Shown here piece after piece: positions 1 to 12,697 of a DNA stretch of 38,816 nt. Each line of letters opens with the position of its first letter. Position 1 is the first letter of the stretch. The position numbers and the translations under genes were made by a program. This stretch comes from Tubiluchus corallicola (taxonomy: Eukaryota; Animalia; Priapulida), in contig JAQGDQ010001479.1 in assembly GCA_030141605.1 (NCBI GenBank), positions 1-38,816 of the forward strand. The letters run 5' to 3'. A model generated the notes under the pieces. The model had not been told where the DNA came from and did no database searches. It was given only the letters and a program-made list of their open reading frames with translations.

Positions 1-59
1 AAAAATTAATTTGCAACTGTTTAAAAAACATGCAAACAAAAACCGGTTTATATAGGCAG

Positions 60-440
60 AACCTACAATATAGAAAAAATTATGCACTAATTACGTATTT
101 ACAAAGAAGACAAAGTAATGAATAAACAGACATGTAGAAAATAAATAGATACAGTAACAAAGTAACAAATAGCTAAGTGTTTGAAAATAAACTTAATGGA
201 ATTGAACTACTTTGTACATTAAGAGAAGGCTTATTAGTGTACATAGATAAACTTCTTTTATCAATAAGTCCCAGTTATTTGTAGCTTTGGTTACAATGCT
301 GAAATTATTAAAATTAGCTTTGTGGCCAAATATGGTCATTAATGCTACATTGAGGAGAATTTTTAATTTTCTTGGCAGTTCTACACGAGATACCAGAATG
401 TTCACATATTCTTACTTTAAAGTGTCTGGATGTTTTAAGT
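60..440 (-). mobile_element. Penelope-like element, 3' fragment (GIY-YIG endonuclease C-terminus plus tail), degenerate
   Basis: The minus strand reads KTSRHFKVRICEHSGISCRTAKKIKNSPQCSINDHI..GHKANFNNFSIVTKATNNWDLLIKE across a frameshift. This matches the Penelope GIY-YIG tail pattern (TxRxLxxRxxEH...H..F.NF.I.....L.IKE). Paralogous to 5375-5836. Confidence 0.75.
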
Positions 441-934
441 TGCTACACCGAAATATGTAAACAGTATCAGACAGTAAGAATGTATGTATTTCAAAATACA
501 CGTGTATATAAACTTGCATATAATAAAATAACTACTTATTTCTAAACTAAAACAACTACTTACTACATACCTGTACTTCCATTCAAGTGAAAAACTGCAG
601 TTAGAACAAAAAACAAACACAAGCAGGAATTCATTTACGCTGATCCAGCTATAATGCAGGTAAGTATGAGTGAAAAGGTCAACTTCCGCGAGACAATTAA
701 GACCTTTCTGTGTCAGAAAGTCATTCTTTTCAAATGTGTGCTGAATTTTGATACAGTGAACAAGTGTCATGTTTCTTGGCCTTCAGGCGCATTCATAAAA
801 CACTCTGTCAATGTAAGGTGTAGTGGCTATAAAACAATGGTCTAAAACACGAGTTATCAAATATGTATAAATTGAGAAGCCTTATCATAATGGAGGAAAA
901 CATTAAAATCTATGCTAGTATTTATTATTTATTA

Positions 935-1339
<405 letters not shown>

Positions 1340-1344
1340 ATAAA

Positions 1345-2535
1345 TGTAAATAATCACTCCAGAATATCATACCCATCACACCACACGATGCACATACGTC
1401 ACTCCACAATATTTTACCATCACACCACACGATACACATACGTCACTCCACAATATTATACCATCAGACCACACGATACACATACATCACCCCACAATAT
1501 TATACCATCACACCACACGATACACATACATCACTCCACAATATTATACCATCACACCACACGATACACATACATCACTCCACAATATCATACCACCACA
1601 CCACACAATGTAAATAATCACTCCACAATATCATACCATCACACCACACGATGCACATACATCACTTCACAATATCATACCACCACACCACACGATTTAC
1701 CTACATCACTCCACAATATCATACCCATCACACCACATGATGCACATACGTCACTCCACAATATTATACCATCACACCACACGATACACATACGTCACTC
1801 CACAATATTATACCATCACACCACACGATACACATACATCACTCCACAATATCATACCATCACACCACACGATACACATACATCACTCCACAATATCATA
1901 CCACCACACCACACGATGTACATACATCATTTCACAATATCATACCATCACACCACACGATACACATACATCACTCCACAATATCATACCACCACACCAC
2001 ACGATGTACATACATCATTTCACAATATCATGCCCATCACACCACACGATACACATACATCACTTCACAATATCATACCACCACACCACACGATGTACAT
2101 AGGTCACTCCACAATATCATACCCATCACACCACACGATGCACATACGTCACTCCACAATATCATGCCATCACACCACACGATGCACATACATCACTCCA
2201 CAATATCATACCACCACACCACACGCCGTACATACATCACTTCACAATATTATACCATCACACCACACGATACACATACATCACTCCACAATATTATACC
2301 ATCACACCACACGATACACATACATCACTCCACAATATTATACCATCACACCACACGATACACATACATTACTACACAATATTATACCATCACACCACAC
2401 GATACACATACATCACTCCACAATATCATACCACCACACTACACAATGTAAATAATCACTCCACAATATCATACCATCACACCACACGATGCACATACAT
2501 CACTCCACAATATCATACCATCACACCACACACCA
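1345..2535. repeat. 44-bp minisatellite, about 27 copies
   Basis: Unit TCACTCCACAATATYATACCATCACACCACACGATRCACATACR, with starts at e.g. 1751 and 1795. It explains the His/Thr-rich ORFs at 1388-2455. Confidence 0.95.
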
Positions 2536-2639
2536 CAGACTATAATTATCGTGACATAACGAAAAATGTACCAAAATTGGGTTAACTTTTTGTTCAAACA
2601 ATTGAAAATTTTACCTTACATGCGTGGCTTTTGCGTGCT

Positions 2640-2755
2640 GCAATTTCGATTAGAATCCGTAAATTTGGGCATTTCAAATCCGCAATCCGCAACAATTGAC
2701 TGTCAGCAAACCGCAAAATTCGTGCGGATCTCTCATCCGCTACCAGCGATCTCTG
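2640..2755. mobile_element. Possible single end of a DNA transposon (hAT-like subterminal repeats)
   Basis: Cluster of ATCCG(C/T)/GCGGAT motifs ending in ...GCGATCTCTG (CAG on the minus strand). No partner TIR found. Confidence 0.25.
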
Positions 2756-4094
2756 TCGTGTTGCAGTCAATGAACATTGGTCAGATTGCAGACAGGTTTT
2801 TCACCGTTAAGCGAAGAAAAAGTTTAACAAATTGACTTGATGAAAAGTGCGTGAAGGAGAAACGGATATAAACGGTTCTGCCTGTCAATTTAGATAGCTA
2901 CAGTGACTGAGCACATTTTCCACGCATCCTTATAAGAAGGCAGGATGATTTTTCATAATACTACCCCATTTTCAAGTACGATAAAAAGTATACATTTTAA
3001 TACCAATAATACTGTAAAAGCATTTCTGATAATTAAATAATAGATTAAAATCTTAATTAATGACGGACTTGTCCAACTAGTGATGACATCATAAACCAGC
3101 ATAATTTTCAACATGAAAATTATTCTGCGAGCATGTTGCACGTGTTTGCGAAAGCGAAAATTGAAGTACAGTGCTACTGTAAGATATTGAGCGTGTTGTA
3201 ATAAAACTAGGCAAATTTTAAGAAAAAAAATAAAAATTTCAAACTTACCGCTCACGCATGAGCTGTCGAACGCGTGTAGTTTGTCACAAACTAACACATC
3301 TGAAGTGAAAGGTACAGCACGTGTTTTTTGTGCAACGCTTTCCGAAATGCAGACACTAGTGCCAGTCTAACTACCGAATGGCGAAATGCATGTAACAGTG
3401 AAGAACTAGTGGCACGAATGTGAAATTGTGTTTGTGTGGTAATAATTCTTTCACGCAAGTCATCTTTGAAAAAATAGTATGTTTCCTTCCAATATTATAA
3501 AGAGTAGATTGTTTTGACCTACAGTTTAAGACTGGGTCCGGTTTTCCTTTAAAATGATAAATTGGTTGATTGGGGTGTCTATATCAAAGACGACCGAGTC
3601 TTTATTATTTCTTCTCTTTGTTTCTACCCAGGTTTAAAACTGCAGATCTCAAAACCTGTAATATCAAATTCTCGTATTGCTCAAATAACAAAATTCTTAG
3701 TGTTAAATTGTTAACTCAGCAATTGTTTAACTCATAACTCAGACAAAAATTGGCAGCTCAACTAAAAAATTAATCAAATCTGTAGTCGTTCATAATTTTA
3801 TGAAAAATGTGCAAAATAAGTTATAAGTTTATTTATTTCCACTCTGCATCTAACAGTTATAATAAAAATACACATAATTTCACTGAAGTAAATATAAATA
3901 CAAATGCAATATAATCCAGAAATTACAAAAGAGATTCTTATGCAGCATATACATGTGCAAATTACATTACAGAGTAATTTTGATGCATACAGTTTGAGCC
4001 TAAAAGCATAGCTTGACAGGCCAAACTGTACGTGGAAATCTTAAAGAAGTGATTAATAATTGAAATAATAATAATATATACATAAAAGTGGGGG

Positions 4095-4206
4095 GGGGGG
4101 AGTAGTGAATGAAAGATGAAATGCAGCGAGAACTAAGAAAAACTGTGATGTGGGGGGAGTAGTGAATGAAAGATTAAATGCAGCGAGAACTAAGAAAAAC
4201 TGTGAT
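4095..4206. repeat. ~57-bp tandem duplication
   Basis: GGGGGGAGTAGTGAATGAAAGATKAAATGCAGCGAGAACTAAGAAAAACTGTGAT occurs twice. Confidence 0.9.
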
Positions 4207-4600
4207 CATGATTATAAAGTGTTCAGTAACCTGTTGAGCATAGTCACGTTTTATTAAGATTACTGTGGAAAAAGAATGCAGGTGATTACCATTATCAAAC
4301 TGTGTTACTCTCAATACTTTTGAAGTTAATAACCAATAAATAACCAATATGATTCAATTTTTGCGATTAAAAAATTTGTATGAAGCAAATGTGCACAGGA
4401 GTTTCATGGCAGTACAATTAATTTTACATTTGTTTAATTGAAAACCTCCATTTTTAATAATAACGTGTTTTTAATTATTTACCTACAAATTAATTATGCC
4501 TATTAAATGTTTTTACAGACTGTGATAGTTTTTCATATTGTATTTTATAAACATACAGCAGTTTATATTGGCAGAGGCTACGGTATAGAACATTATGCAT

Positions 4601-5350
4601 TATAGGTTTTACATGTCAAATATAGACTGACGTTAAGTCGAATGTAGATTTATGTAATTCAAATGTGTCTTGGTAACTCAAATGTAGACTTAGGTAGTTC
4701 AAATGTGTTAACAATGGTTTTCAAGAAATCTTCAGCGTTTTTGGTAAGTCAAATGTAGACACATGTCAAGTCAAATGTGACATTGGTATCTCAAATGTGG
4801 ATAGGTGGTAAAGTTTAAGGATGTTAAATTTAATCTCCTTTAACCTTAATTTAATAATTGCTGTGAAAATAATAACTTTATAGGGCTACTAATAGTTCAC
4901 TAATATTCTGTAAACTTTACATACCATTGGAACTGTTAGAGAAAACAATACATTCTTAAAATAAACACTGTTTCTTGAGAGAAACTAATTCATTAATGCA
5001 GTGCTAATGCATTACTTAAAAAAACTAATTAGTGATTCACTGTTCATTGGGAAGTGGGAACCAATTTATTCTTTTCTACCGACGTTATGGTTTGTCAAAA
5101 AATTCAGTTTGAAGATAAGCAACGCATTTTTCAAAGTTATGACAGAGGTGATGACTATCTTTGGTTTACCTTTTTGTAATTTGCACTGATCAGTTAATTA
5201 CCGATTTATTCAAAGTACCACATCTACATTTGACTTACCTAAGTCACATTTGAGTTACCAAAACACATTCGAAATTTTTATGTCTACATTTGACTTACCT
5301 AAGTCACATTTGAACTTTCTTGTGTCTACATTTGATGTGTAAAATCTATA
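4601..5350. mobile_element. Non-autonomous TIR element (MITE/foldback-like) with modular subterminal repeats
   Basis: Left end TATAGGTTTTACATGTCAAATATAGAC versus the reverse complement of the right end TATAGATTTTACACATCAAATGTAGAC. Arrays of ~20-bp TCAAATGT(A/G)GAC units sit at 4615-4805 and, inverted, at 5220-5340. Both ends are in a TA context. Confidence 0.7.
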
Positions 5351-5374
5351 ATTATGTATTTAAGAGAAGCCAAA

Positions 5375-5836
5375 ATACAGGTAACGAATAAGCAGACCAG
5401 TAGAAAAGAAATTGATGCAGTAAATTATGCACTAATGGCGTATTTACAAAAAACCAAATAGGTAATGAATAAGCAGACCAGTACAAATGAAGTTGAAACA
5501 GTAAATTATGCATTAATTAAGTATTTACAAAACGCCAAATAGGTAATGACTAAGCAGACCTGAAGAAAAGAAATTCATACAGTAACGGATAGCTAAGTGC
5601 TTGAACGAACAGCCTAGTTCATTAAGAGGAGCCTTATTAAGGTTCATAATCAAACTTTCTTTTGCTAACAAGTCCCAGTTATTTGTATCTCTGGTCACAA
5701 TGCTGAAATTATTAAAATCGGCTTTATGACCAGAGACACGAATATGGTCATTAATGCTGTATTGAGGAGAATATTTTAATTTCTTGCCAGTTCTGGACGA
5801 AATACCCAACTGTTCACAAATTCTTACTTTAAAGTA
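5375..5836 (-). mobile_element. Penelope-like element, 3' fragment (GIY-YIG C-terminus) with 81-bp tandem tail
   Basis: Reads YFKVRICEQLGISSRTGKKLKYSPQYSINDHIRVSGHKADFNNFSIVTRDTNNWDLLAKESLIMNLNKAPLN. The tail has GGTAA(C/T)GA..AAGCAGACC at 5380, 5461 and 5542. Confidence 0.85.
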
Positions 5837-6112
5837 AATAAATAAACTGAGTTACAAAAAAATTGAGATTTGTCATATAGTAAGATAAAGGAATGCTTTG
5901 TTTTCAGCTGTGAAATAAAATCTTTATAAGGCTGAAGGAAGTGGCATAAAATAATGTAAGTTAGAACTGCAATGAAGTTTCATACCGTTTAGTTATTCTT
6001 TCCTTTGCTAACAAACACGCTTTCCACTGTATTATGCTGTAAACTTGTTAAACTTTTGAAAATGGAGGTACTCTTTGTACATTTTTGCATTATAATTTGT
6101 TCCATGAAAGAT

Positions 6113-6174
6113 TCATCATCATCATCATCATCATCATCGTCATCATCATCATTATCATCATCATCATCGTCATC
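6113..6174. repeat. (TCA)n microsatellite
   Basis: Directly visible. Confidence 0.95.
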
Positions 6175-6179
6175 TTGCC

Positions 6180-6364
6180 ATCATGTCAGCAACAGCTAGG
6201 TAACGTATGTACCAGTTCTTGTGTTCTTCCAAGTGCTTGTACTTGATCAAAATTATGTCAACCAGAGGATTAGCTAATTCGATAAGTACTGCTATAGTAT
6301 GATTAATAAACCTGCTAGGTGGTGTGGCACAACCTTTGGAAATCAAATTCTTTCCAGTATCGAT
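6180..6364 (-). pseudogene. 5' fragment (N-terminus to TM2) of a GPCR paralogue
   Basis: Aligns to 7359-7543, sharing e.g. CATGTCAGCAACAGC and TATGTACCAGTTYTTGTGTTCTTCCAAGTGCTTGTACTT (KYKHLEEHKNWYI..LAVADM). It ends at the (TCA)n repeat. Confidence 0.85.
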
Positions 6365-6637
6365 TAATAGCTATTTCTTCCCTAGAAAAAATGTCGTCAC
6401 TACTGTTTCAACACCCAGCCATATTGCTTGAAAACCAAACCATTGCCATGGTAAACGACTCCAACATCACATGAATTTTAATCAGTACTTACAGTAACGT
6501 TGTAATGGGTTTCATTTAGTAGGTAATGGCTGTTTACTAGCTGTTGTTTCACAAAATCTTTAGTGCACTTATGCAAAATCAAAATAAATTGAGCAGGCAA
6601 GATCATTGATAATGTATTTTAATAATATCAGTGCCTA

Positions 6638-7591
6638 CTAATTGCCGGAGTTCCTTCTAAAGAATGCTTTTATTCTGTCCCAGTGAAGCACTTTCTTGAA
6701 TGATTCCCGAAGCTCTTTATTTTTCCATGAATAAATTATTGGATTCATAAATGAATTGCTGAATATCAGTGCAGTACAAATGCCCAGAATGAATGGAGGT
6801 ATCTTATAAAGCCGATTGTATGCAAAGATTATATTGATAAAGATTTGAGGAAAACAGCACAAAATGAAAGTACCAACAACTAAACTAATCATCTTGGCTG
6901 ATTTCGCGATGTGCTTATACGATCTTGCTGCGTCTGGTTCAATCCGGCGCATGTGTCTTCGTGCAATGCACATGATGTTGGCATTGATAAGTAGCAACAC
7001 AGTTGCAATGATCAGATGATGAATGGAAAACAACAAGAGCACATCTCGGTTAACAAAGTTCTCCCATCTACATTGACCTTCCCAATTATCACGATGATAC
7101 ACAAGAGCACTTACACTAAATGAGTACAACCATGAAGCAATAATAATAAGCTGGACTAACCATCTTCTCATCAGACAGTCATATCTAAGAGGATATTTTA
7201 TAGCGATAAAACGGTCTATTGTGACAGCAAGCAATGTTGTTGTAGAAGCATTTATAAACATTGCAGCAATATAGTATACTAACAAGCATTCAGTTTTTGA
7301 CACCATTCCATACGATTGCCAGATTGCATATGTAAGTACATGTAGAAATACACCAGTTAGCATGTCAGCAACAGCCAAGTTACATATGTACCAGTTTTTG
7401 TGTTCTTCCAAGTGCTTGTACTTCACGAGAGCTACAACAACTAGAAGATTAGACAGTTCAATAAGTACTGCCATAGTGTGAAATATTGTTATGCTTGCTA
7501 ATCTGGGCCAACCATTGGAAATCGAAATCATTTCAGTATCGTTTCTATTCAACTGACACCACAGATCGCAAGAATCTGCTTCAGATTCCAT
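6638..7591 (-). CDS. Intronless rhodopsin-class (class A) 7TM GPCR, 317 aa; orphan or chemoreceptor-like
   Basis: Seven hydrophobic segments with the class-A motifs: TM1 SN, TM2 NLAVAD, TM3 DRFIAIKYPLRY, TM4 W, TM6 FILCCFP, TM7 NSFMNPIIY and helix 8 ELRESFKKVL. The ORF is uninterrupted. Confidence 0.95.
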   Translation of the reverse strand: MESEADSCDLWCQLNRNDTEMISISNGWPRLASITIFHTMAVLIELSNLLVVVALVKYKHLEEHKNWYICNLAVADMLTGVFLHVLTYAIWQSYGMVSKTECLLVYYIAAMFINASTTTLLAVTIDRFIAIKYPLRYDCLMRRWLVQLIIIASWLYSFSVSALVYHRDNWEGQCRWENFVNRDVLLLFSIHHLIIATVLLLINANIMCIARRHMRRIEPDAARSYKHIAKSAKMISLVVGTFILCCFPQIFINIIFAYNRLYKIPPFILGICTALIFSNSFMNPIIYSWKNKELRESFKKVLHWDRIKAFFRRNSGN

Positions 7592-7968
7592 AATTACTGA
7601 GAATAGATGTGTAAGATTTTTATTTCCCTATTTCTCTAACACATTCTCTAAACCTTGTTATATGTGCTTTCAGTGATAAACTGCATCAGATATCAACACA
7701 ATCAAGGGTTTCGTTTACAATAACACCTTGTAAATGTGTTATAATCCATTTTCTCATTTCTAGCACTTATGTAATACATTACATTGGCTATAAAGAATGA
7801 GCTTCTTCATAACTGATACTAGAAATAGAAAGATGTGATATTGCAACTCCACTGCTAATTTGAATGAAAACCCCAGGAATATGTTTGTCTAGGCAGGATA
7901 ATGTCACCAACATTGTGTGATAGATTGATAATATTAATAATTGATACAGCTTATTAATTATTAAACTG

Positions 7969-8069
7969 CACTTGTCAACTCGATACTGATTAAACATATT
8001 TCCAACAAAAGACATTCTCACTTGTCAACTCGATACTGATTAAACATATTTCCAATGAAAGACATTCTC
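7969..8069. repeat. 50-bp tandem duplication upstream of the GPCR
   Basis: CACTTGTCAACTCGATACTGATTAAACATATTTCCAAYRAAAGACATTCT occurs twice. Confidence 0.9.
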
Positions 8070-8459
8070 TCGACATTTTGTCCACCGTTAAATACAGTTT
8101 CTTCTCTGGTTTTGGATGAAAAAAGATGTGAATAAGAAAAGGCTTATTTCAAATTCATATATTGCAATGTGTTTTGAATGGCTGATACATTTCATGGCTA
8201 TAAAATGCAATCTAAAGACAATTAGTACTGCATATAAAATATTGATTTTGCACTGCAGCAATTATAAGCTACTAACTTGAGCAAGTGCAAAGACATTCAG
8301 ATAATATCATAATTAGACCTGTGCAATTATAACAAATATTGTAACATATACGTAGACATTATTTTATTTATCTCATCAAATACATGCTAAAACAGTAATT
8401 AATTTCACCGATAAAATAATTCAGAAGCAACATAAGTATAAAGATGTCAGAAAATGTCT

Positions 8460-8880
8460 CAGGATATAGGAGAAATGGTAGAGAAGGACCAATTAGCCAT
8501 CAAATCAGCTGCCCTTCTCAGATTAGATTAATGAACAATTGTAGCTACAGCCAAAATCAATAGAGCAAATTGAACACATTATAATAGAGCAGTAATTAAA
8601 AAAATAAGACAACAGAACATATAATGAAACTATTTAATTAACTACGTAACAGCAACAACAACATAACATGAATATAAACAAATAAAAAAAATAATGACTA
8701 ATGCTCTATCCCGTTTTCTCAGATTTCCTCTTTCAAGTTTGGTTTTAAAATTTAATTAATTATAGGTTTCTAAACATACCACACCCTACTGTCTAACTCC
8801 ACAATGACAGTTTAAAAACAAATACCATTTATTCAAAGGTCTAAAATCACAGGCTAAAAGTTTACTGGTACTTATTACCA
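8460..8880 (-). mobile_element. Possible highly decayed CR1 LINE 3' end
   Basis: The minus strand gives ..GVVCLETYN*LNFKTKLE, which resembles the CR1 ORF2 C-terminus. A TTGATGGCTAATTGGTCCTTCTC segment resembles CR1 3' hairpins. Confidence 0.35.
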
Positions 8881-8962
8881 GTCAAAGTGGTAAAATCTCC
8901 TATAATTTGCAATGCTGTATCAGTCAAAATATATTGTAATCACTCATGAGAAATTTCGTTTT

Positions 8963-9270
8963 CGATTACTAGCTATTTCTTCCCTTGAAAAAATGTCGTC
9001 ACTACTGTTCGAACACCAAGCCATATTGCTTGAAAACCAAACCATTGCCATGGCAAACGAGTCCAACATTACATGGAATTTAATCAGTACTTGTAATGTT
9101 GTAATGGGTTTCATTTAGTAGGTAATATGCAAAATCTTAATGAATTGAACAGGCCAAGCATCACTGATAGTGTATTTTAATAATATCAGTGCCTACTAAT
9201 TGCTGGAGTTCCCTCTAAAGAACGCTTTTAATCTGTCCCAGTGAAGCACTTTCTTGAACGATTCCCGAAG
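8963..9270 (-). pseudogene. 3' fragment of a GPCR paralogue (last ~24 codons plus 3' flank)
   Basis: Aligns to 6361-6712 and encodes LRESFKKVLHWDRLKAFFRGNSSN* (intact gene: ..DRIKAFFRRNSGN*). The downstream flank is conserved apart from one ~45-bp indel. Confidence 0.9.
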
Positions 9271-10458
9271 TCTGTCACTATACGAGAAATTATTATGTAC
9301 CTACTAATGTCATCATCAATCAAAGTACAGTAATCTACTTTGTATCATATTTACCTTAACGGTCTGCGTGGCTCTTATATTTGCCGCATTTTTGCCATGT
9401 ATGGGTCTCCCCAAACTACATCAATTTATAAACCATAAACGCAATTACGTTTCGTTGTGCGCAGCTGCTATAGGTCAAAAATGAAGTGTACCACAGCAAC
9501 GTGTATTAACTACAACCAACACGTGACATGTGTGCAAAGCAAAGCCATCTGTTGCAACAGTTTGGTAAGTTCAGGCGCTTTATGTGGACTTTACTTAATT
9601 ATGCATTTGTCTGTGCATAGAGTAATTTACTAGCAGGATCTTGCTTGGGAACAAGAAAAAAAGAACTTGGCAAGGTTCAGGTAGCTATTGAAACTGTTAC
9701 TATTACAATAGCATGGTCTGCGAGGCGTTGTCAAGTATACACAAATGCGTTGTCTGGTAGACTTTACCTTTTATTTTTTCACAGTCATCATGAATCGCTG
9801 GTACTGTGAAAAGGCTCATTATGATGTGGATTGAAAAAAAAATAAAAGTTAAAAAAGCAAAAGTTACCAAAACCGTAGCAAAACCGTAGGTAACTGTAGC
9901 TAGCTCTGCTTAATATTTATGCGCCCATTTTAATGTCTTGTTCTTGGTTTTCCTTCAGCTAAACGCAACAACAATGTTGATAAAGGCAATACTAATAATT
10001 TTACGTTTGCTTGGGTCTGAAAACAATTACCATGTTTTGAGATTGAGGCAAAATTTAAGAACCAGTCTAATTTTCCTGCCTTTTTAATCAAACAGATTTC
10101 TAAAGTAACAAACAACCAAAATCCTTTGTTTTCGACGACAGTATCTTCTTACAAATTTACGTTCTGGACAACAGAAAAATGAAATACTCATTACCTGATG
10201 CTCTTCAAAATTCCGCGCGGAAGACACAGGTGGGCAGGCATATGTAACACCATCAACTTTTTAACCAAATGATGCGCTCTCATCATGCTGGAGGGAAACA
10301 TAACCCTCAAGCCAAACCAGATAAAGGCACAGAGAGGACACAATGATGCTCTGAGAAGATTGGATCATGGGGGTTCCATTTTGGAGGCCAAAAGACGTGC
10401 TGGGGCAAAAAAGCAACTTAGCACCCATCATACTCCTCTTAGTGAGCATATTAGGTGC

Positions 10459-10616
10459 AGTAAAGAGAACCTGTTAAATTATGTTAAAAGTAGTAGATTA
10501 TGATAAATAATTATGTTGATAGATGCTGGTATGAAGCCAGTTAAGGAGTGGTGTCACGTGAGTAAGTGATTCAGAAATTGAGGTGCCGGCGCTCCGCGCA
10601 CGATATATAAGGCGTG
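10459..10616 (+). mobile_element. LTR family A, 5' (U3) part, interrupted by element B; resumes at 12698-12768
   Basis: AGTAAAGAGAACCTGTTAAATTATG... matches 22633 and 24816. It ends just after the TATA motif GATATATAAG. Confidence 0.9.
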
Positions 10617-12697
10617 AGTAAAGAAGATGCAAAATTGTATGATTAGTATTAGTAGTTCAGTAATGAAAGGATTATACAGGATTAATGACTCGATAAGTGG
10701 ACATGAGAGATATCTAGAAGAATGGAATTATTAGGTAACGGACATTTATTTTAAAGGTGTATCCCTGGCGCATGTGCGCATGCGCAAATAAGTGTGGCTC
10801 AATTAACAATCTCGACTTATTTGGTGAGTCTTGAAATCCGATCAGCGTTGATCTAGGGGGGCGAGGGAAGCACGTGTCCACTTGCAATAATTTTGGCCTG
10901 GACAGCTAATAGTAAATGTTCGTGGGAAAAGTTTTTTGCAGTCACGGTTTTCAAGACAAACGATATGTCCGAATGGTCATTAAGATTGGGTTCTGTGTCT
11001 AGAGTATTGGTCGTAAAGGCTTTGATTGCTTAGTAATGATGAGGTTCTATACACAGCATATGTAATAGTGATGGGATTCTATTACGAAGTTCCCAGGCCT
11101 TTTCACATAAAAGAGACTTGTAAGCTCCCAGCAGTCTCTTTTCAATTTTTGCCAGTGTACTGAAAAGTTCGTGCTTAAAATTCGCTTGTTACTAATCTTA
11201 TAATGGAAGACAAAGTACCTAGATATGCTTATTTGTTGGCGGTGGTACCTAGGTTCACCGATGGGATCATCTATGGTGTGCTCGACGAGGGCGAGTACTT
11301 GTTTCAACAAGTCTCCCGTAGAGTAAAATATATGAATTTGCCTGGAACGTTTGAACGTTACTACGGGAAATCCGTTATTAATGGAGTAAGTAATAATTTT
11401 AGTAATAATCACTATTATGATACCAGTATCAATAAAATCACTGCATTGGTGATTTTGAAGCTAAAAGAAATTTGTCTCAAAGAAACTTATTAATAAGGAT
11501 TTATATTCATTTTACAGGAGGAATTAGTAATATTTAGACTCAGCCGGATTTTTGGGATGCCTGTGATGGCAAAGTTATTAGACGAATTCGCCCCTAGAAG
11601 GGTAAGATTTATAAATCGGGAGCATTACTGTATTTGCACTGACGTCCCAGAGATCTTTAATATTTTTGACCTGGCCTGCCAACTAAGGGAAGCCAAGCGG
11701 AGTTGGAATGAAGGGATGGAAGAGATGTGGCTGGGAGATTAAAAGAAAGGAGAAAAAAACCCAAAAAATAACAAAATAGAAAACTAAAAAAAAACTATTT
11801 ATTCTTCAAATGTGAACTATATGTGAACTATTTTGTGAACTATATGTGAACTATTTAAGCTGATGTGAAACGAGAAAAAAAAGGACAACGCCCAAATGGC
11901 ATGTTAAATTCATGTTTTCCTTTTTGTTTTAAACTTTTAGATGAGTGCCCAATTCACATAAAAATTGTGTCTGGTCGCTAGCCGGTTTCAAGTCACCTAT
12001 TCTCTCTCTCGCGCCTCCATACTCACAAGAAGACATTCAGGTAGCCTAGATATTTTAACCAAATACTCTAAACAGATAATTTGATCATGTATTTTAATCA
12101 GATGATATAATGTTAAATATGTCATGTATTTTGATGCATGGTAGATACTGCACGTACGTTCAGAGCTAACCTGCCAGCCCCGAGGGAACAAAATTCTTTC
12201 TAGGGAGGAAGGAGTAAAGAAGATGCAAAATTTTATGATTAGTATTAGTAGTTCAGTAATGAAAGAATTATACAGGATTAATGACTCGATAAGTGGACAT
12301 GAGAGATATCTAGAAACGAAGCCATGATTTAAGGCGCGGCTGTCATGTGACCAGTTCGCCTAAGAATTCCAAATATGGAAATGGCTCTTCCGAGCCGTCA
12401 GTCTGGCGCCAATTATAGCGCATGCGCTGTCAGTCTGAAAACCTCAAGGAAGCCAAGTTAGTCAGGGTCTCAGATCCGGTCGGAAGGTCTCAGAGGCAAG
12501 GAGCAGATCATGGGGGGCTGGCATAGCTATGACATGTATACTCTTATGTAATATATTATTGTGAAATAAATGTGTTAATCGTCATCAATTCAGATCTTAT
12601 AGCTTTGTCACCACCACACGTCAATAAACGGCTACGGTCACCTCAATAACCCATCAACCAGTACTACCACTATACGAAACAGCACATAAACTTTACT
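10617..12697 (+). mobile_element. LTR element family B, deleted (partial 5' LTR 10617-10719, 3' internal region, PPT, full 3' LTR 12213-12697)
   Basis: Termini are AGTAAAG...CTTTACT with a 5-bp TSD GCGTG (10612-10616 and 12698-12702). 10617-10719 repeats at 12213-12315. PPT AGGGAGGAAGG lies at 12202-12212, and AATAAA is in the 3' LTR. Confidence 0.9.
11203..11742 (+). CDS. Putative two-exon orphan gene (135 aa) inside element B; exons 11203-11385 and 11518-11742
   Basis: Donor GGA|GTAAGT at 11386 and acceptor TTCATTTTACAG| at 11517 bound a 132-nt AT-rich phase-0 intron. Splicing joins two ORF-track ORFs in frame (..GKSVING|EELVIFRLSRIFGMPV..WLGD*). Confidence 0.6.

Noticed and set aside
8912-9118. 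68-aa plus-strand ORF
   Set aside because: It is antisense to the GPCR 3' flank duplicate, and the paralogous copy at 6361-6520 has a stop in the same frame.
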